IMG/VR virus record: IMGVR_UViG_3300045988_137393
Direction: 5' to 3' (one strand)
DNA: 64,000 bases
Source of the DNA: a virus
Every line of letters begins with the position of its first letter. Positions within the stretch are counted from its first letter, which is position 1. Below are positions 16,835-25,668 of this stretch, piece after piece. The position numbers and the translations under genes are program-made. Under the pieces are notes generated by a model that made no database searches, was not told the origin of the DNA, and worked only from the letters and a program-made list of their open reading frames with translations.

Positions 16835-17053
16835 ATGGATAATATCACAGTAATTACATTAAATGCAAACGATGAACAAATAGAAACAGTCTTGACGGTG
16901 GATGAATTAATCTATGCTTGGCAGCACGATATAGATATTCCAACCAATGATGATACTGTTGTTAGTTGTGTATTAGGCAAAACACAGTTGTATTTTGAAA
17001 CATTTGGAGAGCTGATGCAAGCATTGACTGGAAGCGATAGGAAGGATGGTTGA
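16835..17053 (+). CDS. hypothetical protein (72 aa)
   Basis: ATG 8 nt after GGAGG. Confidence 0.65.
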   Translation: MDNITVITLNANDEQIETVLTVDELIYAWQHDIDIPTNDDTVVSCVLGKTQLYFETFGELMQALTGSDRKDG

Positions 17054-17057
17054 TTAT

Positions 17058-17531
17058 ATGGCAAGATATAAAATGATAATTAATACAGATACATATAAAT
17101 GCGGAAGATGTAGTAAAAAGAATTGGGAACCTGGTACACGGAATGATTACATGATTGCAATAAACGGAATAACGAGAACTCTTTATAATATGAGAGAAGT
17201 AATGTGGCAGCTTGAATTATTCCACGGAAATTCATTTGTTACGTCAGAATACAGTGATGATAACCCAGAAGAAAATTATGGATTATCTGATAGATATATT
17301 AAATTTCTAAAGAAAAATACAATCAAATATCATGACAGACTGTGTAATTTGGATAGACAACAGTATTTATCTGGCTATGGTTGGATGCAGGGCTATTTTT
17401 CTATTGGAGAAGTAATGGAAAAATTGAAAAAAGAGGGAACTGTTAAAGTTCCGTTTAGTTGGCTCTATGATATCAGACAGTATGATAAAGCTATGAATGG
17501 TTGCTATATGGAAATAACGAAGATTGGATAA
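17058..17531 (+). CDS. hypothetical protein (157 aa)
   Basis: ATG after AGGAAGGA. Confidence 0.7.
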   Translation: MARYKMIINTDTYKCGRCSKKNWEPGTRNDYMIAINGITRTLYNMREVMWQLELFHGNSFVTSEYSDDNPEENYGLSDRYIKFLKKNTIKYHDRLCNLDRQQYLSGYGWMQGYFSIGEVMEKLKKEGTVKVPFSWLYDIRQYDKAMNGCYMEITKIG

Positions 17532-17544
17532 GGAGTGATTGATT

Positions 17545-17781
17545 ATGACAGTAAGAGAATTAAATAGAGATCAGTTACACGAACTGAAACAGGCATATTA
17601 TTTAGAACTTGTAAATGAAGGTACTTTTGCAGAAGTGATTGGAGTTAATATCAATGAGCCATCATATGAAATGATTGCAAGTATTGATGAATATGTAAGT
17701 GATGAATTTATTTATGAACACTATGATGGATATAGTTTTACAGAAGATGATTTTTTCTGTAGTGCGGAAAGGAGTGCTTAA
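17545..17781 (+). CDS. hypothetical acidic protein (78 aa)
   Basis: ATG 9 nt after AAGGAG. Confidence 0.65.
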   Translation: MTVRELNRDQLHELKQAYYLELVNEGTFAEVIGVNINEPSYEMIASIDEYVSDEFIYEHYDGYSFTEDDFFCSAERSA

Positions 17782-17782
17782 A

Positions 17783-18103
17783 ATGTTAGATTATACAAAA
17801 ATTACATTTAATGAGTTAGATGACACAGGCAAGCCATTACAGGCATTTTACAATTATGATTTAAAAGAAAGCGAAATTGATAGCTTTTTGGAAGAGTACG
17901 CAACAGTCGAAGAAGTTCCAGAAGGTGTATCTATTCAGAAAGTAGAATTATGCTTAACAATTTACGCACAGCATGATTTCAAATTAGAAGCTTGTTGTAC
18001 AGATACAAATAACGAACAGTATTTGGTTGAAATCAATAAACAGTTTACAAACGCAGATGAATTTATTCAGATGACTCCCGATTATGGGAAGATAAAATTA
18101 TAA
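17783..18103 (+). CDS. hypothetical protein (106 aa)
   Basis: ATG 8 nt after AAGGAG. The track start 17699 overlaps the upstream gene. Confidence 0.7.
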   Translation: MLDYTKITFNELDDTGKPLQAFYNYDLKESEIDSFLEEYATVEEVPEGVSIQKVELCLTIYAQHDFKLEACCTDTNNEQYLVEINKQFTNADEFIQMTPDYGKIKL

Positions 18104-18116
18104 AGAGGTGATGATT

Positions 18117-18344
18117 ATGCTAGATATTACAAACTTATATGCTTACAGGATTGAAGAATTGGCTGTTGGAATTGTAAAGGCAGAGTCATATGAAGATGCA
18201 AGAGAAAAGGTGAAAGCAGCTTATTTGAAACACAACGATTGTTTTGATTCTGAAAGAGATGTTATTGAGTTAAATGAAATTGCAGAAGATGATTCGTGGT
18301 TTAGTGATAATCCTGATGTAGTTGAAGTCGATGAGTTAATATAG
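18117..18344 (+). CDS. hypothetical protein (75 aa)
   Basis: ATG 6 nt after AGAGGTG. Alternative starts at 18108 and 18111. Confidence 0.6.
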   Translation: MLDITNLYAYRIEELAVGIVKAESYEDAREKVKAAYLKHNDCFDSERDVIELNEIAEDDSWFSDNPDVVEVDELI

Positions 18345-18362
18345 AAATGGGATGATAACATA

Positions 18363-18698
18363 ATGAATGATGCTTATTTTAGAAATAGAATTGAAAGAAG
18401 TCCATTAGGAAATATGGGACTACATTTATTAGAAGCTCAAGAGAAATTAGTTTCTCAGGAATATGAAGTTGAGAATCTTAGAATTAAAGCAGCTATGTAT
18501 AAAGCATATTTCTTTCGTAATTTCATATTAGCAGAAAAATTAGAAAAACAAAGTAAAGAAAACAGAGATGCACTTATCGGAGAGTTTGATGGTTTTTCAT
18601 ATGCAAGTTGGAGAGCTAATGCTATATATAGAACGCTTGAAGATATGTGCGATGAAGGACTATTAACTGAAAAAGAATATAGAGAATGCAAAGTATGA
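18363..18698 (+). CDS. hypothetical protein (111 aa)
   Basis: ORF-track ORF with a weak SD. Confidence 0.6.
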   Translation: MNDAYFRNRIERSPLGNMGLHLLEAQEKLVSQEYEVENLRIKAAMYKAYFFRNFILAEKLEKQSKENRDALIGEFDGFSYASWRANAIYRTLEDMCDEGLLTEKEYRECKV

Positions 18699-18731
18699 AA
18701 CAAGAGTTTCTTTAGAAGAATGGAGGCAGAC

Positions 18732-18962
18732 ATGGAAAAAATTGATAATAATATTCAATTAGCTTTCTTAGGTGGTATGAAAGCTGGATTAGAAGCATTA
18801 ATTCATGGACTTGAAGTAGTAGCAGAGAATAATAACGGGCAAGTATCATTTGAGTTTGTTAAAATGGTTTCTGCTAGTACGATAGCTGATGTAGAATTAA
18901 AATTATCTAGTATAGAGAACGGGAAAGGTCTTATAGATGCTTTAAATAATAAAAGCAAATGA
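18732..18962 (+). CDS. hypothetical protein (76 aa)
   Basis: ATG 6 nt after GGAGG. Confidence 0.65.
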   Translation: MEKIDNNIQLAFLGGMKAGLEALIHGLEVVAENNNGQVSFEFVKMVSASTIADVELKLSSIENGKGLIDALNNKSK

Positions 18963-19009
18963 AAGATAATTTACAATGCTCAGGATTTGTTATAAAGGAG
19001 AGATGTATT

Positions 19010-19201
19010 ATGGTAAGAATTAAAGATGGAAATTATATAGCAATATTCCACGATAGAATGATTGAAGTAAAAGCAGATTCAAAAAAAGATGCTTATAATA
19101 AAGCAAAAAGATATTTTGAATCAAGAGAACATAGAGAATTATTTGATGGCGAACTAAAAGTGTGTCAGATACCATCTATGATAGGTGTTCTGGATGAGTG
19201 A
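19010..19201 (+). CDS. hypothetical protein (63 aa)
   Basis: ATG 9 nt after AAGGAG. Confidence 0.65.
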   Translation: MVRIKDGNYIAIFHDRMIEVKADSKKDAYNKAKRYFESREHRELFDGELKVCQIPSMIGVLDE

Positions 19202-19241
19202 AATAAATAGAAAAATATTTATTGGAAAGTAAGGTGGCTAC

Positions 19242-19412
19242 ATGAATATTGTATTAGAAATGGAAATTTGGATTGTTAATGATGAGTATTTTATCACACA
19301 AGGACTAAACGGATATGAAGTGTATGATTGTGGCGATGATACAAAAGAAGCAAAAGACTTATATACGGGTACATTTGAAGAATGTTTGACTTGGATATGG
19401 AATAGTATCTAA
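19242..19412 (+). CDS. hypothetical protein (56 aa)
   Basis: Below the track cutoff. ATG 5 nt after AAGGTGG. MNIVLEMEIWIVNDEYFITQGLNGYEVYDCGDD... Confidence 0.55.
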   Translation: MNIVLEMEIWIVNDEYFITQGLNGYEVYDCGDDTKEAKDLYTGTFEECLTWIWNSI

Positions 19413-19459
19413 GTCGAATGAAAGGATGATTTCTTGTTTTAGAAATGGAGGAAATAATT

Positions 19460-19720
19460 ATGAGCCAAACAGTATTTGATGAGAATGATTTTATAAAACG
19501 AGTACCAAAAAAGATTTTGGAACGTACAAGAGAAAATATGGAAGTGTATCATATGGATTTAGCAGATTCATTTCAGGAAGCAACAAGGGAATTAGCAAAG
19601 AAAGGTACAACTTTGTGGAAAGCATGGTATTATGATGATTTTAGAGAATATGTACCATGTATTTACTGCCCAGAATATTTGGATTTATCAAAATATCCAT
19701 TAAAATACAAAGGGAAATAA
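19460..19720 (+). CDS. hypothetical protein (86 aa)
   Basis: ATG 9 nt after GGAGG. Confidence 0.65.
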   Translation: MSQTVFDENDFIKRVPKKILERTRENMEVYHMDLADSFQEATRELAKKGTTLWKAWYYDDFREYVPCIYCPEYLDLSKYPLKYKGK

Positions 19721-19807
19721 TTCAATGAATCGGAAATTTACTTGGAGAATATGTAAGAGGTTGGAATATTCAATCTCTTATTTTTTTGGAAAGGAATGGT
19801 GAAAATT

Positions 19808-20032
19808 ATGTTTGATTACAAAGAATTTAAAAAGGAAATGTCTAAAAGAGGACATGAAGTACATAAGAATGGAAAGTATCTTATAATTATTCCTAATAAT
19901 AATTACGAAGGATACAATAAAGGATTTTTGTTTGCAACGGATATCATTAAAGGTTTTGAGGATGTATTGAAGTTACTAAATATGGATCATTTTAATACTT
20001 GGATATATAGTGCAAAATTTAAAGTCATGTGA
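19808..20032 (+). CDS. hypothetical protein (74 aa)
   Basis: ATG after GGAAAGGAATGGTG. Confidence 0.6.
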   Translation: MFDYKEFKKEMSKRGHEVHKNGKYLIIIPNNNYEGYNKGFLFATDIIKGFEDVLKLLNMDHFNTWIYSAKFKVM

Positions 20033-20082
20033 TAAAATTATAGTAATGATATTCAACAGTTGGAAAAACGGAGGTAATTATT

Positions 20083-20235
20083 ATGTCACAGTTAATCGGA
20101 TTTTTAATTGCAGGATACTTATGTATATATCTTCCATGGAGAGCGAACAAAAAGGAAGAATCTCGTAAGAGACAAGATATGTATAATAATCTCAACAAGA
20201 AGTCGGTAGATGAAATGGATAAATGGCGAAAATAA
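20083..20235 (+). CDS. small membrane protein (50 aa)
   Basis: ATG 8 nt after GGAGG. TM segment LIGFLIAGYLCIYL. Its TAA is in frame with the next ORF. Confidence 0.6.
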   Translation: MSQLIGFLIAGYLCIYLPWRANKKEESRKRQDMYNNLNKKSVDEMDKWRK

Positions 20236-20253
20236 TATAGAAGAGAAAAGAGG

Positions 20254-20883
20254 TTGACGAATATATTCGGTGGACTATTGGCATTCTTAGGAATTTATGC
20301 AGGAAGTGCTGCAAAGGCAGCTAAAGATAACTATGATATGAAGAAAACTACTCGCACTGTTGATAAAGATGGAAATATACATTACATGGACAGATTGTGC
20401 AATGATTACATCAATAGTGAGCGAGTAAAGAGGGTTGAAACTACTGATAGAAACGGAGTTAAGTTATATTCAACTGTTGGTGTGAATAGCAGTAAGGTGT
20501 ACGACACTTCTTATGGAAGGGGTACACAGCAATTATTCGAAATGAGTGAACATGATAAACAGGAAAATCTAAAATATGGAAAAAATGTATATAGTCAATA
20601 CAATCCATATTTCGGAAAAACTGTTACAACAGAAATTAGTTCGGGCAGAACAATTACCTGTTTGTTTAGCGGTAAAAATAGTAAGACTGGTAAAGAGTTC
20701 TATAGAGTATGGTATTTCCGTCCAGAATGTCAAGGAAAGCTTGATTACAATACTACTGTTGATGGCGATATGGGAATTGAAATTACAAAAGAAGAATTTA
20801 ATAAGTTGAATTTTGGAGCCTTGACATGTACATGTATGCCAAGTGATTATGATGTAGTCCATGCATTATGGGGTGATAGGTAA
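20254..20883 (+). CDS. hypothetical protein with N-terminal hydrophobic segment (209 aa)
   Basis: The TTG start abuts AGAGG (poor spacing), so the start is uncertain. Same frame as 20083-20235. Confidence 0.6.
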   Translation: MTNIFGGLLAFLGIYAGSAAKAAKDNYDMKKTTRTVDKDGNIHYMDRLCNDYINSERVKRVETTDRNGVKLYSTVGVNSSKVYDTSYGRGTQQLFEMSEHDKQENLKYGKNVYSQYNPYFGKTVTTEISSGRTITCLFSGKNSKTGKEFYRVWYFRPECQGKLDYNTTVDGDMGIEITKEEFNKLNFGALTCTCMPSDYDVVHALWGDR

Positions 20884-21131
20884 TGAATAATCAGAGAAGA
20901 GAAAAGATAAGGCAACTCAAAACTCAAATTGATTTGATTAAAACCGATTTGAAGAAAGTTTCAGGTGAGCTATCTTCTATATTAAACGAAGAACAGAATG
21001 CATTTGATAATATGCCAGCAGGATTACAGAGCAGCTATAGAGGAATGTGTTCTGAAGATGCAATTGATGATATGGAAGAAGCGAGTGAGAAACTTGACGA
21101 AGTAATTGAGTTGTTAAATGATATTGTGTAG
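20883..21131 (+). CDS. hypothetical coiled-coil protein (82 aa)
   Basis: TAATG overlap with the upstream stop. Confidence 0.65.
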   Translation: MNNQRREKIRQLKTQIDLIKTDLKKVSGELSSILNEEQNAFDNMPAGLQSSYRGMCSEDAIDDMEEASEKLDEVIELLNDIV

Positions 21132-21154
21132 AATGTAGAAAGGAGAATAGTATT

Positions 21155-21343
21155 ATGAATGATACGCCAATATATGAATGGGAAGATGCAATAAATTTTA
21201 TTGCAGAAAGATGTAATATTGACAAAGATACCATTGAGACAGTGCTTACGTTAGAAGAGGACTATATGAAAAGTATTGGAATTATCATGGAAGAACAATC
21301 TAATTTTGAGATTGATGGTCAACAAAGAGAACAAAGTAAATAA
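21155..21343 (+). CDS. hypothetical protein (62 aa)
   Basis: ATG 9 nt after AGGAG. Confidence 0.65.
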   Translation: MNDTPIYEWEDAINFIAERCNIDKDTIETVLTLEEDYMKSIGIIMEEQSNFEIDGQQREQSK

Positions 21344-21372
21344 TAGATTCATTGGAAAATTGGAGGTTAATT

Positions 21373-21630
21373 ATGAGTAAAGATGAAGTGAAATATTATA
21401 TAGATCATATGGACGCAAATGGTTTATTAAATTTGTGCAATGATATAAATGAATGGAAATATAAATACGGGAAACTTAAACCAGATTGTACATTAAATCA
21501 TCTAGCAGAAAATTTACAGTATTGGGAATTAAGAGATTTGGAAAAACTTATTCTTAATGCAGCTCATGAAAAATTTGGGAATTTAGTTAGTTTATTAATA
21601 AAGAGTGAACCAAGTATCTATATAAAATAA
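21373..21630 (+). CDS. hypothetical protein (85 aa)
   Basis: ATG 7 nt after GGAGG. Confidence 0.65.
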   Translation: MSKDEVKYYIDHMDANGLLNLCNDINEWKYKYGKLKPDCTLNHLAENLQYWELRDLEKLILNAAHEKFGNLVSLLIKSEPSIYIK

Positions 21631-21666
21631 GCCAATGAATCCAAGTTTTCGTTAGGAGATATGAAT

Positions 21667-21819
21667 ATGATTACATTTAAGTGTTTATATAAGTTAACAA
21701 AAGAAGAAGTAGCTGGAATTGTATTTGATATCAAAAATGGTAAATCTTATACTGTTCTAGGCTGGGAGAATTATTATGCTACAGATGCAGATATTATTAA
21801 GTATTATAATTCACTTTAA
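21667..21819 (+). CDS. hypothetical protein (50 aa)
   Basis: Below the track cutoff. ATG 8 nt after AGGAG. Confidence 0.5.
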   Translation: MITFKCLYKLTKEEVAGIVFDIKNGKSYTVLGWENYYATDADIIKYYNSL

Positions 21820-21867
21820 ATAAAAATTACAGACTAAGAAATCTAAGTTTCAGGAGGTAATATTAAA

Positions 21868-22104
21868 ATGATTAAATGGATTAGTGCAGAAACACCACCA
21901 ACCGAATATAGTATGACAAAAGAATACTTTGTCACTTGTGAATATAAGGGAGAAGGAAATGTGAATGGAAGATTAACTTTTGTTATGACTTATGAAGAGA
22001 AGGGAAGAAAGAAAGTTCCTACATGGTGCTGGAATGGAAGAATAGCAATTTGGAAAGTATTATTTTGGGCTGAGTTTCCAACACCATGTCAGGATGAAAT
22101 TTAA
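21868..22104 (+). CDS. DUF551-like phage protein (78 aa)
   Basis: MIKWISAETPP...WAEFPTP matches the DUF551 pattern (WIS..LP...W.PLP). SD AGGAGG. Confidence 0.6.
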   Translation: MIKWISAETPPTEYSMTKEYFVTCEYKGEGNVNGRLTFVMTYEEKGRKKVPTWCWNGRIAIWKVLFWAEFPTPCQDEI

Positions 22105-22181
22105 CTTTCAAAGGGGATGATTTTATAAAAAAGACTGAAAAATTAGAAATTATTAAGTGGTATATAAAACACAATATTAAT

Positions 22182-22439
22182 ATGACTAAATCAATAAATA
22201 TAGATTCTATAAGTGATTTGAAAAAACTTGAAGAAATAATTAGAACAAATAAAAATGTTTTTGAAAAAGTATCAAGATGTTACCAATGTACCTCTGACGG
22301 AAAGAGTTTTTGTAATAGATGTGCAAATTGTGTAGAATGGCATTGGGATTTTGATATTCCTGATGAGGAACGTGTGGATAATTATAGATTTAGATATCAA
22401 TACTGGAAGACATTTTATGATATTGAGAACAGGAAATAA
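22182..22439 (+). CDS. hypothetical Cys-rich protein (85 aa from ATG; frame open from 22098)
   Basis: The ATG has no SD. AAGGGGA at 22111-22117 is followed 7 nt later by in-frame ATA (22125), and the upstream codons look coding. Confidence 0.6.
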   Translation: MTKSINIDSISDLKKLEEIIRTNKNVFEKVSRCYQCTSDGKSFCNRCANCVEWHWDFDIPDEERVDNYRFRYQYWKTFYDIENRK

Positions 22440-22472
22440 ATAGAAATTCGACTTTCCTTTGGAGGTGATATT

Positions 22473-22652
22473 TTGAAAAAAGTTAGATATGCGATTGAAA
22501 AAGTAATAGAAGTTCCTGAAACAGAAGGAGAAAAATCTATTAATAATATAATCAATAAAAAGTGTAAAGAAGAAAATGGATTAAGTTATATTTATGTAAG
22601 AGAAGATGATATGAAGGAAAATGGATGGAATAGCCTTTTTGATGAAATGTAA
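22473..22652 (+). CDS. hypothetical protein (59 aa), TTG start
   Basis: TTG 5 nt after GGAGGTGA, preceded by the TTTCCTTTGG motif. Below the track cutoff. Confidence 0.55.
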   Translation: MKKVRYAIEKVIEVPETEGEKSINNIINKKCKEENGLSYIYVREDDMKENGWNSLFDEM

Positions 22653-22714
22653 TCAAAAAATATTAAAGCCAATGAATGAATGATTTACTCGGAAGATTGA
22701 AAGAGGTGATATAA

Positions 22715-22897
22715 ATGAAACAGTATGAAAAATTACAAACAGATATGCAACAGAATTTATCAATAGATGAAATATCTGGGTATTTATTTGCATTAAAAGA
22801 TGAATACGTTGCATATTGCAATCAAAATGATAAAAGAGTTGATGATATATATTCATTGGCTTCATTTTTAGACACTGAGTACAAAGAGGTACAATAA
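22715..22897 (+). CDS. hypothetical protein (60 aa)
   Basis: ATG 7 nt after AGAGGTGA. Confidence 0.6.
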   Translation: MKQYEKLQTDMQQNLSIDEISGYLFALKDEYVAYCNQNDKRVDDIYSLASFLDTEYKEVQ

Positions 22898-22900
22898 ATA

Positions 22901-23077
22901 ATGGAACAATGGGATATTACATGCTGTAAATGTGGGAAATTCATTCTAACAGAACAAAAGCAAGATGTGACAGGCAATATAAAATGTGTCAGAGGTAGTT
23001 ATGACAATGGATTCTATAATGGAATTGAGGATCAATTCTATTGTAAAAAATGTGCTGATAAATTAGGATTGAGGTGA
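22901..23077 (+). CDS. small Zn-ribbon protein (58 aa)
   Basis: CCKCGK...CKKC. Below the track cutoff. Confidence 0.55.
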   Translation: MEQWDITCCKCGKFILTEQKQDVTGNIKCVRGSYDNGFYNGIEDQFYCKKCADKLGLR

Positions 23078-23081
23078 TGTA

Positions 23082-23258
23082 ATGTACGAATTTTCAAAAG
23101 AGATTATCGAAAAAATCAATACAGCAAAATGTCTTACTGTAAAAGAATTAAGGATAACCGAAGTTGCATTAAGAATGTATGAATTAAATGAAGATATTTT
23201 AGATGAATCTACTGGATTATCGAATAACGATAAATACGAATTAAAATATAAGTGTTAA
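23082..23258 (+). CDS. hypothetical protein (58 aa)
   Basis: ATG 4 nt after GAGGTGA. Below the track cutoff. Confidence 0.55.
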   Translation: MYEFSKEIIEKINTAKCLTVKELRITEVALRMYELNEDILDESTGLSNNDKYELKYKC

Positions 23259-23298
23259 AATAAATGATTTACTTGGAAGATTAGAAGAGGTGGTATTG

Positions 23299-23454
23299 AT
23301 GGATAGAAAACGAAATAATTCTACATGGTGTTGTGATCAAATTGAAGAGAAAATTAAAGATTATAAAATATCTCTTACAGAAATTAAAGAAGAAGAGGTA
23401 AAGAGGCAGCTGAAAATTGTGATTGATGATTTAGAATCAATTCTATACAAGTAG
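23299..23454 (+). CDS. hypothetical protein (51 aa)
   Basis: ATG 6 nt after AGAGGTGG. Below the track cutoff. Confidence 0.55.
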   Translation: MDRKRNNSTWCCDQIEEKIKDYKISLTEIKEEEVKRQLKIVIDDLESILYK

Positions 23455-23474
23455 ATTAGAGGAGGTGATATAAA

Positions 23475-23711
23475 ATGACCAATGGCATTAAAGAGAAAGA
23501 CATTCGTGATATGCAAAAATGCTTTGATAAAATGGAATATATTCTAAAAAGGATTCAGGTGTATAATCCTGAAGCACGAATTATTTGTATTGAAAGTGAT
23601 ACAATAGCTCTAGTTAATTTCAATGGTGAGTTTATTGATTCAGCTCCACAAATAAAAGATGAACATATTGTTGCAAGTCAAGACATACCAGCAATGGATA
23701 ACTATTGTTAA
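23475..23711 (+). CDS. hypothetical protein (78 aa)
   Basis: ATG 7 nt after GGAGGTGA. Confidence 0.65.
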   Translation: MTNGIKEKDIRDMQKCFDKMEYILKRIQVYNPEARIICIESDTIALVNFNGEFIDSAPQIKDEHIVASQDIPAMDNYC

Positions 23712-23739
23712 AAGAAATGACGATTTCTTGGTAAATAGA

Positions 23740-24288
23740 ATGGAGATGATAAAAGTGAAAATAACCAAATTTAAAGATATTCCACAATTGACAAGAGCTG
23801 GATCATACAACACGAATATTCCATTAACTCACATGTTAAAAACGATTTCAGAATGGGAACAAGATGAATATTATCAGTTACAATTGAATCCTAATTTTCA
23901 GCGTGGACATGTATGGACGGAAAAACAACAAATAGCATTTGTTGAATTTTTACTTCGAGGAGGAAAATCAGCGAGGGTAATTTATTTTAATAAACCAAGT
24001 TGGCAAATGACGAAAACCGTAAATGATTATGATGATTTTGTATGTGTTGATGGTTTACAGAGAATTACAGCGGTAACTAAATTCTTAAAAAATGAAATTA
24101 AAGTTTTTGGTAGTTATTACAAAGATTTTGAAGATAAAATACCACTAAGTATAGATTTAATTTTCAATGTAAATGATTTAAAAACTGAAAAAGAGGTTCT
24201 TCAGTGGTATGTGGATATGAATGCAGGAGGTACTCCTCATACAAGTGAAGAAATTAACAGGATTAAGAAGATGATTGAGGAATTATAA
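23740..24288 (+). CDS. DUF262 (ParB-like/GmrSD N-terminal type) domain protein (~180 aa)
   Basis: LQLNPNFQRGHVWTEKQQIAFVEFLLRGG...VCVDGLQRITAV carries the DUF262 core with DGxQR. The start is ambiguous (ATG 23740/23746 or GTG 23755). Confidence 0.65.
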   Translation: MEMIKVKITKFKDIPQLTRAGSYNTNIPLTHMLKTISEWEQDEYYQLQLNPNFQRGHVWTEKQQIAFVEFLLRGGKSARVIYFNKPSWQMTKTVNDYDDFVCVDGLQRITAVTKFLKNEIKVFGSYYKDFEDKIPLSIDLIFNVNDLKTEKEVLQWYVDMNAGGTPHTSEEINRIKKMIEEL

Positions 24289-24330
24289 AGCAAATGAAAA
24301 ATTGCATTTATATAAGGGAGGTGAATAATA

Positions 24331-24489
24331 ATGAATGAACGTGTCTTATATAATGCGCAAAAATCTGTTATTGAGGAAGTAAAACAAGAGTTGCTTAAAA
24401 AAGCAGAAACAGAAAGACAGAGAAATGTTATCAAAGAAGTATGCAGAGCCGTGGCTAGAAAACATAAATTTGATGATTTGAAAACCTGA
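24331..24489 (+). CDS. hypothetical protein (52 aa)
   Basis: ATG 7 nt after GGGAGGTGA. Below the track cutoff. Confidence 0.55.
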   Translation: MNERVLYNAQKSVIEEVKQELLKKAETERQRNVIKEVCRAVARKHKFDDLKT

Positions 24490-24515
24490 TGAAACAGACA
24501 TTTGGAGGGGAAATT

Positions 24516-24782
24516 ATGATAAATTTGGACTTGTTAAAAAATAAACTATCTACAATTGAGGTTGTTTGGGATAAAATCCGAATGTACGGAGAGGAGGAAC
24601 ATCAATTCGACTATTGGATAATGGCAGACATCTCTACGGATAACAAGATAGATTGGTATGTAAAAAATACGGCTATTGACGAAGTTATTTTCGAAGGAAA
24701 GACATATGATTCATGTGTTGATTTTCTTGAAAAACTTATAAATAAGTTGGTTGAAACTGGAAAATATAAATACTTGGAGTAA
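24516..24782 (+). CDS. hypothetical protein (88 aa)
   Basis: ATG 5 nt after GGAGGGG. The track start is 24489. Confidence 0.65.
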   Translation: MINLDLLKNKLSTIEVVWDKIRMYGEEEHQFDYWIMADISTDNKIDWYVKNTAIDEVIFEGKTYDSCVDFLEKLINKLVETGKYKYLE

Positions 24783-24790
24783 ATAAAAGT

Positions 24791-24822
24791 AGAAGCAGAA
24801 AATAAACTGCTTCTTTTATTTT
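24791..24822 (+). terminator. intrinsic terminator
   Basis: AGAAGCAG-aaaataaa-CTGCTTCT stem followed by TTTATTTT. Confidence 0.8.
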
Positions 24823-24912
24823 ACTTATAAATATGGTAAAATAGATACAATTATAAACCATAACATGAGATGTGCCGTTTTGCGGAAATAATTATAACAG
24901 GAGGTTCAAAAT

Positions 24913-25299
24913 ATGAATTACGATGAAAAGAAAGATCTACTTAAAAGAGTAAAAGAAGGTGCAGAAAAGAAAGAACTCCGTGTAAACAACATCGAAGAAT
25001 GGGGATTTATTTGTGGCGCATGGGTGGAATATGTTTTAAAGAACAGTAAATTACCAGATAGAATTTACAAAGGTAGAGAAACATGGATGGTGAAAGAACT
25101 TAATGGGAATAATATAGAGCCTTTTAAACAAAAATTGATGGAAACTTTCACAAAACAGTATATGGAAAATGTTGGAGAAACTGAATTTTTAAATGGAGTT
25201 TTTCTTGCAGTTATTAGCTATGATCTTGAAGATGGCGAGAAATGGTCTGATGCGGCTGAGATGTTTTCTGTTGGATTGGTTTCGGAAGTAAATTGGTAA
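24913..25299 (+). CDS. hypothetical protein (128 aa)
   Basis: ATG 8 nt after AGGAGG. Confidence 0.7.
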   Translation: MNYDEKKDLLKRVKEGAEKKELRVNNIEEWGFICGAWVEYVLKNSKLPDRIYKGRETWMVKELNGNNIEPFKQKLMETFTKQYMENVGETEFLNGVFLAVISYDLEDGEKWSDAAEMFSVGLVSEVNW

Positions 25300-25385
25300 T
25301 TGAAATATAAATTTAATATTATAGTAAACAAATCAACTAGATTAATGTCTGGTTGCTTTTTTGTTGCAGAAAAGGAGTGATAGTA

Positions 25386-25652
25386 ATGAATATGGGAAAT
25401 CCAAAACGTAGTAGTCAATTTCTCTGTCTCCATTGCATGAAGATTAATCAGTTAGGATCTGGTATACAGAGAAATGGAAATCAACGTAAGAAGAAACATA
25501 TCAAAAACTTAACATGTTTTAATGAAGGTTGCAACGGAGAAATTACGAAAAACGTAGAAATTCGTTGGTGTGATGATTATTTGGAAATGTTGGATTATGC
25601 TCAACGAATTAGATCACGTTATTATACGGATAAAGTAGAGAATAATATGTAG
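25386..25652 (+). CDS. Zn-ribbon protein (88 aa)
   Basis: CLHC...CFNEGC. ATG 9 nt after AAGGAG. Confidence 0.6.
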   Translation: MNMGNPKRSSQFLCLHCMKINQLGSGIQRNGNQRKKKHIKNLTCFNEGCNGEITKNVEIRWCDDYLEMLDYAQRIRSRYYTDKVENNM

Positions 25653-25668
25653 GAAGGTGGAACATAGC

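Noticed and set aside
24826-24870. Promoter upstream of 24913 (TTACTT ... TGGTAAAAT)
   Set aside because: An extended -10-like TGnTAAAAT is present, but the spacing to any -35-like hexamer is wrong (about 10 nt), so I did not call it.
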